From positions 248,001 through 312,000 of the forward strand of contig JAQGDQ010000184.1 of assembly GCA_030141605.1 (NCBI GenBank): a DNA stretch of 64,000 bases. Reading direction: 5' to 3'. Below the pieces are notes generated by a model. The model saw only the letters and a program-made list of their open reading frames with translations, did no database searches and had not been told where the DNA came from. Below, one piece after another: positions 13,500 through 26,519 of this stretch (its first letter is position 1; each line of letters opens with the position of its first letter). Origin of the DNA: Tubiluchus corallicola (taxonomy: Eukaryota > Animalia > Priapulida). The position numbers and the translations under genes were made by a program.

Positions 13500-14230
13500 T
13501 GATGCATACGACAGCGCTGGTCTACTTGTTAATGCTCGCAAAACTGTGGTTTTTCATCAGTTATCAGGCAGAACTGAATTACCTTAGGACACCATACTTT
13601 CAATTGCTTCAGACTGCTTAGAATATGTGTACTGTTTTGTCTTATCTTGGATGTACGCTAACCTCTCGATTACACTGTCGATGATGTTAGGCAAGCATTT
13701 CCCTTGGTAGACGCTCAGATCCTGTGTAAATAGAAATCTGACTGCCAAGACAAAGACAGTCGTATATTCTGCTTTTTGTCTTTTCACTTTGTTCCATTCT
13801 TTATAGAAACCATATACTGCATCTTGAAGCCTTCCGCATCAAGTTTCTCAAACGAATCCTTAATATTACCTGGGCTGACCGTATTTTTTTCCTTATATTG
13901 ACATTTTTCGTATGTGCGCAGTATCATTAGTATAGAGGCAGCTATAATCAGACGTCAGCTTCGTTACATAGGTCGTGTAGTCAGGATGCCTGATATCGTT
14001 TACGACGACAGTTTTTTATGATGAGAGCTTTCTGCTGGGTATCGCTTGCAAGAGGGAAATAAAAAGCGTTTCAAGGATCATTTTTCTGCCACTCTGAACT
14101 ACTGTGAAATTCCTTCAGCAAGACTCTAGCAGTGGATTGCAATAAGTGGGGTCCTTGTGTCATCAGGATATAGAAGCTTTGGATTTAATAGCACTCGTGT
14201 CCCTGAACTGAGACGGTAACGTAGACATGA
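13500..14230 (+). mobile_element. RTE-clade LINE relic (3' part of RT)
   Basis: Degenerate frames read GLLVNARKT, ASISLGR...TKTVVY, LKRILNITWADR, SIEAAIIRRQLRYIGRVVRMPD and KKRFKD. Confidence 0.75.
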
Positions 14231-14427
14231 TGTGCAGCAAAGTGGCCCTTTAGAAAAAGCAGCACACTTTTGAAAAGCGTAGTCTCTCTAATTGTCGCCT
14301 TGATGAAGACGTCAGCACAGTCAGTGGCTATGATAACTCATGGTTTCACTCATTACTCATTTCTTATTCGTTGGAACTATGGCTTCATTCGAAGAACCCC
14401 AATTAGTGAGTAAGCATAATATATTAA

Positions 14428-15005
14428 AGGAAAGGCCAAACCTTCTGGAAAGTTAGGTTTGCTTCCGTGTTAACGAAAAACATTAGAAGGATTTAGTAAA
14501 AGTAGTGATCGCTTCGTGTAATTAGTAAAATCACTTTAACGATTATTTCGTGCATGGGCGCCCCCATTTTGAATTCCAATTCTTCCACAGATGATGTCGT
14601 TCGTCAGCTGAAGAAAAGCAGCGTACTGTCAAATTGCATCAAAAGTATAATAAGTTTTTACAACAAATTAGATAGCGAATTTTGCGATATTTTTGGATGA
14701 ATATTAGGTAAGCTGCAAAAGTGTGAATTAGTTTAAGCAGTGTGCGCTTACGGAAGGCCACCATGTGCTTACGAAAAGTCGCGATGATCACCACTGACGT
14801 CATAATTTTCAAATCAAGCCACCACAGCGAAAATTTCTGTAACGCGGCAAATTTCCACAATTTCTTTCTGCCATTTCCATATGGCATAAAGTATAAATTG
14901 ACTCTATGCCATGTGGACAGATTTTTGCAATTTCAGTCATATTTTTCTAAGTTTAAGTGATAACAGTATAATAAACCCAACATGGTAATTGACTTGTCCT
15001 TTCCT
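14428..15005. mobile_element. TTAA-specific (Kolobok-like) non-autonomous DNA transposon
   Basis: TTAA|AGGAAAGGCCAA ... TTGTCCTTTCCT|TTAA: terminal inverted repeats starting with AG, flanked by TTAA on both sides. Confidence 0.75.
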
Positions 15006-15316
15006 TTAAGGTATCCATGCATAGTCATCGTCAGTGAAAAACTGTGTAAGCCAAATGCAGCAAACCTCCAAAGCTATGAAGTCGTAATAAGCACAATTTG
15101 GCAACAATCGATTTAACGAAACACGATTACAAAAAAAACACGATTAAGTAAAGAATTAGAAATGAATTTGTGTAGGTAACAATTTGTACAGAAAAATTGA
15201 CAAAAACTAACAAGTGCTTATAAACACAATTTGAGAAATGCCTTAGAACAAGTTAAATGTTAATATTATTGCTGGTAGCCATTTACGATTTGCATGTGCA
15301 TTCATTTTGGTTTGTT

Positions 15317-16318
15317 TTATTGCCTGTACCATTCAAACTTGGACAAAAATGCAACCACGCTAAATCCTATAACAATAGCACCAATCTTTAGTAGCCCGGA
15401 TAATGGTTTATTCATCTCTCGCTGAATCACTTCGAAAAACGTGACATACAGAAACGAACCTGTAGCAATGGATTCTAGTGCAGCTATTATAAGATCGTTT
15501 ACATTGGCTTCAGTCTCGGTCAGCAAAACTCCTGTGAAGGTTCCCGCTAAAGACAGGATTCCGAAACCAATCACGACTCCAAACACTTGTCTTACTGGAA
15601 AGTTTGCACTCACAAACTGCATGCCCATACTAAACACAATAACACACCTATGGATACTGACACCGGAAAACAGGGCTAGAATAGTAGAAGGCGAATCTAG
15701 AAGTCCCAAGGCCAGTCCTTCGAATATTGCATGCACACACAGGGACGCTATTAGGGTTATCATACGAAGCTTTGCTGTTCTGTTGTGTTTGTGCAGTTCT
15801 TTTTCGAACAAATTAATCTTTTTATCCCCACCATCAGCAGGAATCGGAACACTTCCATATGAGTCTGCAGATAGACTAGTTTCTTGGGTAACACTGTTGG
15901 CTTCGGTATTGATGTTCGTTTCTTCATCAGCAACTAGTTTATCTTTGTCATCCCGTTTTGCCTTGGCCACCGTTATCGGGTTGATGCTGTTAGTATCGTT
16001 CTGGCAACTCATTACTGCTTCCTCTAGGAAAAATATGAGGTAAAATCCGACACACATGATTAGCTCGGCTAGAGGATATGTACTCTCACCAGCCGACGAC
16101 GCAAAGGATTCGTTCATAGTCCTGCGTGCTTCGGGTAACATGTGGAGAAGACAGGTGGAGTGGAATATGCCGCCTGCTAGACAGTTCAAAATGCAGATAA
16201 CATTCTCAGTTCGTCTGCTGTTAAGGTACTGTACGAGTTTCAATGGCAGCAGTCCACTGAGCACTGTCACGAGAAACAGGACAGAGCCACTCGCTAGTTT
16301 TACTAACAGCACTTCCAT
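15317..16318 (-). CDS. ZIP (SLC39) subfamily II zinc/metal transporter, ZIP1/2/3-like, single coding exon
   Basis: ATG at 16318 (MEVLLVKL). Motifs LNCLAGGIF.STCLLHMLPE, YPLAELIMCVGFYLIFFLE, TM4 LCVHAIFEGLALG, TM5 IHR and ATGSFLYVTFFEV, with eight hydrophobic segments. A 5'UTR acceptor lies at 16382-16383. Confidence 0.95.
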   Translation of the reverse strand: MEVLLVKLASGSVLFLVTVLSGLLPLKLVQYLNSRRTENVICILNCLAGGIFHSTCLLHMLPEARRTMNESFASSAGESTYPLAELIMCVGFYLIFFLEEAVMSCQNDTNSINPITVAKAKRDDKDKLVADEETNINTEANSVTQETSLSADSYGSVPIPADGGDKKINLFEKELHKHNRTAKLRMITLIASLCVHAIFEGLALGLLDSPSTILALFSGVSIHRCVIVFSMGMQFVSANFPVRQVFGVVIGFGILSLAGTFTGVLLTETEANVNDLIIAALESIATGSFLYVTFFEVIQREMNKPLSGLLKIGAIVIGFSVVAFLSKFEWYRQ

Positions 16319-18404
16319 TTTCGGCACTTTCCGCAGAGAATTCAAAGTGTCACCGATTTCTGCTTAAGGAAGTCTTCATATCTAAAACAATCGAATTATA
16401 ATATGAGTCATCACTTGTCACATGTACTTGTAAAATGTCGATCAGTGCATTTAGTTAGATAGTTATAATTTTAATATCAAGATTATTATTAAACATGGTA
16501 CCAATCTACAATAAATTTAATACGAAACCAAATTTGAACTTTTAGCCAGCTATGATGAATGGTCTTTGGACTGATATAATCGCTGGGAAACACGGTAATC
16601 TAGCGAGTTATTTCGTTTGCCTCGTAAGCAGAAATCCCTGTTGAAATCCAGGCTGTGCCCCAACTTTTCACAGTTCCTGTTTTTCAAGTTTAGCTTCAAG
16701 ATTTAATTAATTTTGGGTTTGTACCACCACTGCATTTAATTGCCGTTTTTGATCACGTCCAACAATGACAAAAGCCAATAATCGTCTTACCTTTTTGTTT
16801 CAAATTCTTCCTCAAAATTGATGACGACATGCTTTAATTGATTTTTAAGACAATCATGTAAGTGATTTTAAATCGAAATCATTTGCTATACTTAGAACAA
16901 TGACTAACAAAGTTTGTACGCCTCATCTGCAGAAATTTTCTCAGTTTTTTGGCCTACACGTATCGACTAATATAACCGGTTTTAAATAACGACCTACAAT
17001 TTTTAAATTTTTTAAATAACTATCTACAAGCTTACACAGTGCTGTTGCAAAGAACATTAATTCGTGCTACGGTATAATAAGATATTAACCAGGAGTACTT
17101 GAGTACAGGAGTAAGTGCACGCTATGCTTACCTGAAGAGGCAACAGCAGCAGCAATGAAGTATTGGCCTGTCCTGCGAAAACACCTTTGCTGGTTGACCT
17201 GCCAATGAATTTTCAACAGAGTTTGAGAAACCAACAAAACAACCTTGACGTCAATTCACTTAATTCCACAAATGATAATCACTTAAATTGTACTTTGTTG
17301 GTCTTAAAAACTATTAAATAATATTAAAGCACAAAAAACTACTAAATACAGGTAGAATTACGGTAACTGTCAGCAAGTATATAGGAAGCGTATAACCCGG
17401 AAGAACTACATACGCGCGATGCAATCAAGCGCTGTACCAAAACAGCAGGTAACTTCTGTTACTCTAGATGTACTGTCGACCGTGACACCACTTTATGTAT
17501 AACTCTAACGAACAGACAGGCTTTTACTCAATGAACTGTAGTTTGACGCCAAACCTTTGCGAAAATAATGATACTGAGAATCCGTTGAAATTTTCAAATA
17601 TATTTCTAGCCTCAGGGATTAGCTATTCGATTATAGCAAAAGCTCAGTAAAATCTGCTGTAAATCCAACAAAAATATTTTAATACCAAAGATTTGAACTT
17701 AAAAAATCTTTCATCTGATGCTTAAGATCAAGGCTTAATTGATTTTTACCAAATCAAGTTACCAATAACTTACTTGTAGCCAGTGCTGTAATTTTCGGAT
17801 AACTTATGTTTTGTTGTCTTTGGCTTATTAAAGCAAGTGAGCTTTACAGGATAGAATACAGAATACAAAATAGTTTATTTTGCCACAAAACATAGAAAAC
17901 CTAAAATATACGAAAGATATAATAGCCGAGAGAGACCGGGGTGGGGGTGGGGTTGGCGAAAAATTCCAAAAGCTCATCTAATCTGCCACCCCTCTACTAA
18001 TATGACGATATAGACAGATTTGCATTGTCAGTTGTTATATTAAACATTACATATGATCAATTAAAACTTTCATAACATGACTTAAATGAAAATACCGACT
18101 ATTAATTTTGGAATTTACACAAAGCATTTTTGTGAAGTTTAACATGTGTTATTCACAATAGAAGATAAACACATTTGCTTAGCCTATGATCGAATCGCTA
18201 CTTTAATATAGGAACAAACATAACTACATTTTTACTCTCTGATTTGTTATTTAAATGTTATTATATTTTATCTTAAGCAATGACATATTTAGCAGTTGTT
18301 ACTAGTTAGTAGCACATGCAAATGTTATACCTGCAAATGTTATAGCTAGATTAGTCAGTAATATGAAAACTGATGTCAAATTTCAAATTAAAAAACAATA
18401 AATA

Positions 18405-18406
<2 letters not shown>

Positions 18407-18477
<71 letters not shown>
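18407..18477. repeat. (ATT)n microsatellite
   Basis: Read directly from the sequence. Confidence 0.95.
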
Positions 18478-21285
18478 TGATTACTTATTATTATTTTATT
18501 TATTGTTTTGCTCTTAAGCATCCGGATGAAGAATGTTTAAAAACCGAAAGCATTGATATTACAGAAATTTTATTGAGTTCTACAACAAACTTTTTTGAGT
18601 GTTTATAATTATTATAATCAAACAATGTTGAAGCTTAAAAGAGAAACCAAAAATAACAATTAGTGAAGTAGAAAAGGTTTTGAGCCACTGAAAAAGGTGC
18701 TAAAACAGAGAGCAGCCAATTATTTCTCTTTAGCCTGTAACAACAATAATCAAAATTAATCATTATAAAACAACCTGCAATTTTTTTAGCAAACTGAATT
18801 TAAATCGTTTCACACGTTTACGCGTCTCTATAGTAAAGATTTTTGTGACCGTGATGCTTGTTCAGCATTGGGCTTTAACCCGAGGCCATAAGAAGGATGT
18901 GAATGCAAATGACATGTATGGAACAGATTTTGATGAGAATTTACCTGTTACATTAATTAATTAACGGTTAGCAAAGGTCAAGTTACATTAGGTTATCAGG
19001 TGTTAGTGACAGGTCTGAAGGTGTTACCGAGAGATAAAGAAAATACATCACTGCACTAACATTATAGTACTTTTCTATTATTTCTTACTGTATTACAGTC
19101 TGTCAATAGTTAAAAAAATAATTTATGTATATGCTGTTATTACGTAACTAAAATCTTCTCACTGAAAAGCCTGTTGAACTTTTTATAAGAAACATAATAG
19201 CTTATTTGAAATTGTACAATAATTCTCCCTTTGTCTACTTTCATTCCACTCGACAACGCTGGCTCGCAATGTTTCCTGTTTCTTGCTAATAGATGGCACA
19301 ACATGCTTGGTATAGCAGAACAATAAACATAAAAATAGATCCGATTAGTGATTAAGTGCTAGAGTGACTACCGGTAATTAACATTCTAAAAAAAGAATTA
19401 CTTAAATTTAATTAAGGCTAATTGACTTAGTAATACACACATACACACACAAAAAGAGAGTTATTAGCTAACTATCTGTTTAACAACCGATTTAATATTT
19501 TCTGTTAATTAACAATGTAATTGTAGCTGTGTAGGTAATTACTGGCAGGTAAATAGCAAAGTTTTATGACTGGCTGACTGACTAAACTCTGTGGCTCAGA
19601 CTATACCTAACACACTGGCAGCTGAAGTTACTGTTTTCTAGTATTTTAACTTTAGGATAAGATAAAATAAGATAAGACCAGAAAAGATATTTATTTAGGT
19701 TAACTTGACTGAGCAAAGCTCGTTACAACAAACTCCTAATTGGCGGTTTCGACCAGGAATTTAAAATTAAGAATAATAAAAACATGTAAAGACACAAATA
19801 TAAGAATTTGCAGATATACGCAAAAATCTTACAATCATTGTGATTTAATACATAAAGAAAATAAGCTGAAACACAAAAAGAAGCTAAGATTACAATCGTA
19901 AAAGAACTTGAAATAAGGAAACAAAGCAAAAAAGTGCTCACATGTAAAAAAGGCGAAATAAAATACAAGCAATTGAAAAAATGTCATTATAATGCACAGC
20001 TAAAAAACATAAATAAATTACAACAATAGTAAAAACATTTACAATAAGAATCCCAAAAAAATTAAAAGAAAGCTAAGATTATAAGATCATGTAGAACATA
20101 GCCAACGCAAATCAAACGAAAGGAGCAATATTAAAAGCAAAACTCACTGAAAATCAAAATTCACAAATAAAATTCACAAGCAATACCAAAAACATATGAA
20201 CAAAAACAGAAAATATGTCAAAATTTAAATTCTGTTCAAAAAGCGAAATTAAAAAGCACAATACAATTAAGTAAAATACTTATAGTAAAATATTTTGTAA
20301 TCTATAATTCGCGAATAAGGTTTTTGTTAGACATTTTAAAAACTATACGCACGGCAGCTTTTTTTGAGTTCGATACCTTTTAACTTGCAGGTCAAATTCT
20401 TCGGCGTTACGATTTTGATTTACAAGTACATGATGGTGGCGCGGCGTAGTAGGGGCGTATAATGGCAATCTATTATTGGCTAAAGCAGATCAGCCGTTTT
20501 CGTGCTGGATCCTTGGTTGAAGGATCCTTACTAAATTTATTCCTTGTTTCAATTACGATTGCCAGTCTAACTGAAATTTTGAATAAATTATGGCTGCCGT
20601 TATAGTGTTTGTTTAATATTTTGTTTAAGAACACGTAAAAAAGAACGGATGCAAAAATGCAATAGTGAAAGAGATAGTGAAAAAAGTGAAAGAAAAAAGA
20701 CAAAGGTAAGGAATGATAACAATGGCAGAAGTGAAAAAACCAATAGGTAAAAATGTAGAGGTACCGTACTCTTTTTTCCTTTTTATTTTCACACGCATTC
20801 ATTTTTCCTACCTTTCCTTTCTCGTCGTTTGTCGCTTTTTTAGTCGTCAGCAGGTGTGAAAGGTTTATGATTTTATCTACAGCAATATGGCGAGGAGCTC
20901 ATGAGACAATTGGAACCACAACATGACCACCGAGTACAGCAAAAATTTAAAGATAAAGTTTTTAAAAATCAAATTTTTAAAATAAAGCATAATATGAACG
21001 TTGTTGGGACAATATAACCCGACTAACTTTCGGTATGCCCAACAAGTTTAAGACCATTTTGTCAAAACAAAGTTATTTATTTTTACTGCTCAATGCGTGA
21101 AAACCCGTAACTTCATCTTCATTGCACATGTATTCGTGTCTTGAGCCTCAACATGGAATAGCCCGAGGGCAGGTTCATCGGTTCATCTCATGATTATAGC
21201 ACGGTGGGTCGTTGTTACGAAAGGGCCTTGACCTATATTTTGATACCATGTCAATGACCTGCTCTATTGCTTGTGTGCAAATGTA

Positions 21286-21305
21286 TGACATGTTCAGACA
21301 CGTTT
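21286..21305. promoter_or_regulatory. Candidate p53-family response element
   Basis: TGACATGTTC AGACACGTTT: two abutting RRRCWWGYYY half-sites with one mismatch each, about 2 kb upstream of the BH3-like ORF. Confidence 0.35.
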
Positions 21306-21963
21306 AGGTTTTTTCGCAAGCTTTTTGTCATGTTTTGTATTGTGATTGTACCATAATATCATGTATTGCGATGAGACATAGATAGGGGTATGTTTAAAAA
21401 GCACGTTATTAATAAGTGAAGTAATCAGAATTTGATTTTCCAGAAGTAAAAAAGAGGGTGCGTTGGTCTTCTTACCACGTTGGTATGATTATCAGACCTA
21501 TATGACATGTAACTATTCAAATACAGTATGTATATAATACTATATATAGTAAATATAATAGGATATCTATATTACAATACATAATAGTATGTACAGATTT
21601 ATAAAACAAAACATAAAGGAGAAACTGTCTTGTAGGCCTATTTTAGGCCACGCATCTATAATTATAGCCACATTAGTAGCAGATAGCAGCATAATTCAAG
21701 GGATTTTTCAAGCTGTCAATAAATGTTAAAAACTGCCTTAGTCTTCATCGGGTTTGTTTATAGAAGAAGTGAGTGCTACCGGCACACCTATAATTAAATG
21801 AGCGCAAAACTAAAAATAATTATGTGCTTTGTTATAGTAGCTTTAGCCGGCAAGTCAAAATGTCGTATGACGTTTACTTAAAATATCGGTCAACGTCCAC
21901 AGAAGACAGATAGCCGGCGGGCCAAGGACAACAATAGCCAGCTCATCTCCAAACTTTTTCAAA

Positions 21964-21975
21964 TGACGTCACGTG
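21964..21975. promoter_or_regulatory. Overlapping CRE/ATF palindrome and E-box
   Basis: TGACGTCACGTG contains TGACGTCA and CACGTG, about 200 nt upstream of a splice donor (AAAG|gtatga, 22177) that could end a non-coding first exon. Confidence 0.45.
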
Positions 21976-23316
21976 CAAAGTTTCTGTGGCAATGACCTTT
22001 GTTGCAGCAAAGCCTTTTGCGCCTAGGACCTAGGTTAACCATCATTTTATTGCGCGACTTTAACAGAGACGGTAGAGAAAGTGAGTTAACGAAAGCGAAA
22101 TTTATTGATTTGTACTAATTCAGTGTGTAGCGCGGATGACAAATATATAAGTGTACCAAACTGATTATTTTGAAAGGTATGAAACTGCAATAAAACATGT
22201 TGTAAATTTCGTGATTATTTTTGTCGTTTAATTTAGTAAAGTTGTTTATTTTGTTTTGCAAGATATTCATATAACAATGAATTATTCTTTTCTTTTTTTG
22301 GCTCTGAATTGGTAGCTGTCATAATTTTAAAGTATTTATTATTTAACGTTTCAGCATCAACGTCAATTTTGGGTTCACACAACTGCCGTATTCTGTATGA
22401 TGACAAAACCCGTTATTCATTTTCGTGATTATTTTTGCGTATGTCACCAATATAGTTGTCAGTACATAAACTGCGTAGAAAAGCATAGTTAGTTAAATAT
22501 TGGTTTGTATTTTAACAATAATAATGGTATCCATAACTTATTAGTTATATGCTGATGGTGAGCGAAGCAATTACTATAGTTGGAAGTCAGTTTCTTAATA
22601 CCATAGGCTATCTTACTTTTGTCGTGTTTTGATGAAAATTCAAACGTGTACAGCTTTACTACCACGTTTAATACTAAATAATAAGGTTTCAAAGTATTAA
22701 GATAAACCAGTTTAATTATACAGAAATTTGGTAGGCAGATTAGTCGTGTATCTGTTTAAACATCATTATACTTAAATACATACAAACTAATACGCCTAAC
22801 ACGTGCTTCCAGCTCATGGGGCGTAATTATTATTTATTTAGGCGTTTATAGGTGTACGACCTTATATAGTTCATTAAACTCCCTAAGTTTAATCTGAACA
22901 TTTAGCAGGAAGTTTGATTTTTGCATACATAAATATTATTTTTTGCTATGAAAATAGTAAACATTTTTGCAAAACAGATCTTCTTTCTAGCACATTGTCA
23001 AACTAAATAAATAACTATAAAATACGGGTTTTCCCTTTTATGACTTTGCCTTGAGAGTATACACTTCAAACAAACCTTTGGACGTAAAATAAAAGAGACT
23101 TTCGTTTTACATTCGCAGAAAAAAGCACTTTAAGGCCTATTAAGCGCAGTTGCACTTGTTAGTAAATGCATAAGTTCAACGTTCTAGCTTTGCATGCTAA
23201 ACTATTGTCTAATGTTTTATTCAGATGCTTATTGATTAATTTGTCTTTCATCAGTACAAAATACTTTTACTTTCAGTGCAAGTTGGTACCTGCTGATGAA
23301 CGGGTGAAAGTTTGCC

Positions 23317-24051
23317 ATGGGAACAATGAATACGTTTAGCGAAAATATCTACTGCGCATGCGCGAAGCAAGTGACTAATGATTGTGACACAGGTGTGCTA
23401 GACTGCAAACACCAATGTAGTGAAAGTGAATGTATGGATTTACATGATCAGCAGGCGATGATGAAAGTGAATTTCCAAAGTGCTTTGAGCAGTGAAAATG
23501 AAAATGGTGTCTGCAATGATGGCATTAATATTGAATCTCAAGACGATTCCTACAATGTTACACCAGGCAGCTTGAGAGCCACTGAACATCAGTTGCCTCT
23601 CCAGCTTATAAATAATACCTCAGAAAACGAAAACAACATGGCTGCTACAGTAGTAACGGCTGAAGACGAAGCTGCTACCGAGGAAAATGTTGACATTGTG
23701 TCTGAAGAAGCGTGTGCTATAAATGGTGATGTCATATTTGTCTTGCAAGACTTTGATGGTGGTGTTAATGCGAATGAAGCAGACAGACTAGTAAATGTCG
23801 GCGATAGTGACGAAATCGTGAGCGATGCTATCAGCGAATCTTCTAAGGAAGAACTCATTGCCATTGATTTGCGTGATGTTGTCGAAAAAGAGGAGACTCA
23901 GAGAAGAGAGGCTATAATGGTACAGTTTGTGGCTATGTGGTTACGAATGGTTGGCAACGAAATTGACTCACTAGGTGCAACACCTCCATCTTCTCCTTTG
24001 CCTTTCATGTCTCAGAACTGGTGGGATAAGCACGGAAGAGGCTTTAACTGA
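23317..24051 (+). CDS. Acidic 244-aa protein with a C-terminal BH3-like motif (candidate BH3-only protein)
   Basis: Long non-repetitive ORF in AT-rich surroundings, with acceptor tttcag at 23276 and GCCATGG start context. Motif VAMWLRMVGNEIDS. Coding status is better supported than the functional call. Confidence 0.7.
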   Translation: MGTMNTFSENIYCACAKQVTNDCDTGVLDCKHQCSESECMDLHDQQAMMKVNFQSALSSENENGVCNDGINIESQDDSYNVTPGSLRATEHQLPLQLINNTSENENNMAATVVTAEDEAATEENVDIVSEEACAINGDVIFVLQDFDGGVNANEADRLVNVGDSDEIVSDAISESSKEELIAIDLRDVVEKEETQRREAIMVQFVAMWLRMVGNEIDSLGATPPSSPLPFMSQNWWDKHGRGFN

Positions 24052-26519
24052 GATAATTATAACTGAAAGAATGTCCTAGTAAGTGAATTGCTTTTCCCGA
24101 AACATTATAGCCTCTAATAGTTGCAATTATGTGGCTTAGTGTAAAAACCGCAATGTTTATAAAATTTATTTGCGACTATTTTAATTTAAATAGCGTAGAG
24201 AGGAAAAATTAGTCTTGATATAGTGTAGAATTTCGAGACGTTTTGTCTACGTTTTAGTAACCTAAATTAATATTGAATAAAATCAAAATGCGTTTGTGTT
24301 TTTTAATTGTAATTGCGTATCGATATTAGTGCAATATAGTTAAAAGTTAGAACTAACAAAAAGATTAAAGTGTTGGACTTTAAATATTTTGTTCTATGTA
24401 TTAAGTGACTGACACACGCATATGTAATTGGTATATATTTGTTTGCGTTTTATTGACATAACTGAGTCTCGTAGGTTTGAGATTGTGTAGATAATAATGT
24501 TGATTTTCAATGTACCAGGTTTTATATTCATTCTTATTTGGTTAATTTTTGTAAATACGAGAAAATTATTATATTGGCAATTTTTAGAATTAATATTTTT
24601 GCTCATTTTTTTTTATTATAAATAAGCTTATTGTGTTATATTTGAAGATTCTGTCTTCAGTCTGTATTGAGATTGCTGAATCGATTAGTGTTGTATTCAT
24701 GTGTAGCTTTGTGTTCGCATTACCGTGTGGCAATTTTTTTTAATATGCTATCTTGTAAATAAGAAAAGTAATCAGATATTTATAATTTGCACTTTTTGTA
24801 TACTGACATGGAAATTAGACAGTTTATTTGAATAAAATTTTGTTTTTTTACAATCTTTTAGTCAACTCCATGATATACTGCAGGCAGGTTCCAAAGCATC
24901 ATCAAAGTAACTATAAATGTAACTGGGTGGATTGCAGTGATGGGGGAAAACTTCTCAGTTTTTTATTATTATCATTTATTACGTACTCAAAGTACAATAC
25001 GTGTTTCACACACAAAAGAGAACAAATACAAACAATCAAAAGGACAAATAATTAGACTATTAGCACAGTAAAAAACAGATAATTAGCAGGTTAATACATC
25101 GGTTAAGATATCTTTGATTTCTTGATTATTAAGATCAGGTAATTGGCTAGCATTAAACAGCATTTCATTGGCTACCGATAAATTGACATGGTTGCTCTCC
25201 GAAAGAGAAGGTAACTGTTTTTTATATTACTACAGGCATTCCTTTCTGCGCCATTAATTAAAGAATGTACCAGCTCTGTCTCAAACGCCAAGACGACACG
25301 AATAAATTTAACAAACTTTATTATAATTCGCAAAATAACGAGGTTATTATAAGAATGATGCCCGCAAGGCAAAAACGAAGAAATTGAAAGTGAAGGAAAT
25401 AACTGTGCAAAAGGGGTGAAGTTGATGACACTACCAACGCACATATATACTCGCACTGAATTAAATACTGTGATGATTTCTAATACTGTATAGCGTAAAT
25501 TGAAAACCAGAGGTGATGACAAATTACCTGTAGTATAATTAAGAATAGTTTTAACAACAGTATTAGGTCACGTTATACATTTTCCATAAAACTTCACAAT
25601 TCTACAGTGCAGAGACGCTACAAACAAGCACATATAAATAATAAAAGGCAAAAATCGGGTATGTGTCATACTGGGTAAGTGCCAAAACCGTCTAAGCTCA
25701 ATATTAAAACTTGTACTTCACTTTTCCAAAGTAGGCGAATTTAATTTCCATAAACAACATCCAGAAAAACTGCAACAGTGTGTAAAAAGTACACCTTTTT
25801 CAAGTGAGGCGGAATTGTGGATAAATCTGATACTTTAGATATAAAATCTATTCTTTTGTTATTTATATTGTCGTCATCTTCCAATCTAGAGTTAAGAATG
25901 TGATCTAAAGTTAGCCATTTTAAGACCTACCAAGCTACCATCAAGCATTACGTTAGGATAAGTTACATCAGTCTTACATTTAGAGAATAAAATACAATGA
26001 CTTTTCACAATGTTGTACTGAAATTTAAAGTTATACTTTCAATTACAAGCAATAAGAGATTTCATTCAGTCCACACCTTATACATTGTGTAGATATATAC
26101 TGTACAGCTCTTTTGCTATAAACTCCCGAGTCTGGGCGCTACAAATTCCTTGTGACATAACTAATGAGGTAAGGTATCCGGACACAGAAATTTTCTATTC
26201 GGGTCTTTTGTGATAAAGATCAAGACACATTTATTTTTTAAAGTATTAGGATCAAAGTAAATGTATTTATTTAAACAAATTCATGTGTTAAATATTAACC
26301 AAAATATAATAAGTAAATTGTCGAAAATGAGTTGGCTCACATAATTTCAACGTAACGTCACCATCATCATCATTTTGCCGATTACGTCTATTGTAGACAT
26401 TGGGCATGCAGAACTCTAAAATAAAAGAAATCTGCCCTCAAGACAGGCAATCAGAGCAGTAGTCCAGCAAAAAACTAGACACTGCTATGCCAGTGGTTTG
26501 TCAATGCCACATAATGTAC

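Noticed and set aside
15441-16367. Plus-strand ORFs of 200 aa and 103 aa
   Set aside because: Antisense shadows of the ZIP coding sequence, with no motifs of their own.
17116-17122. Metal response element TGCACGC upstream of the ZIP gene
   Set aside because: A single 7-mer match is expected by chance; no cluster was seen.
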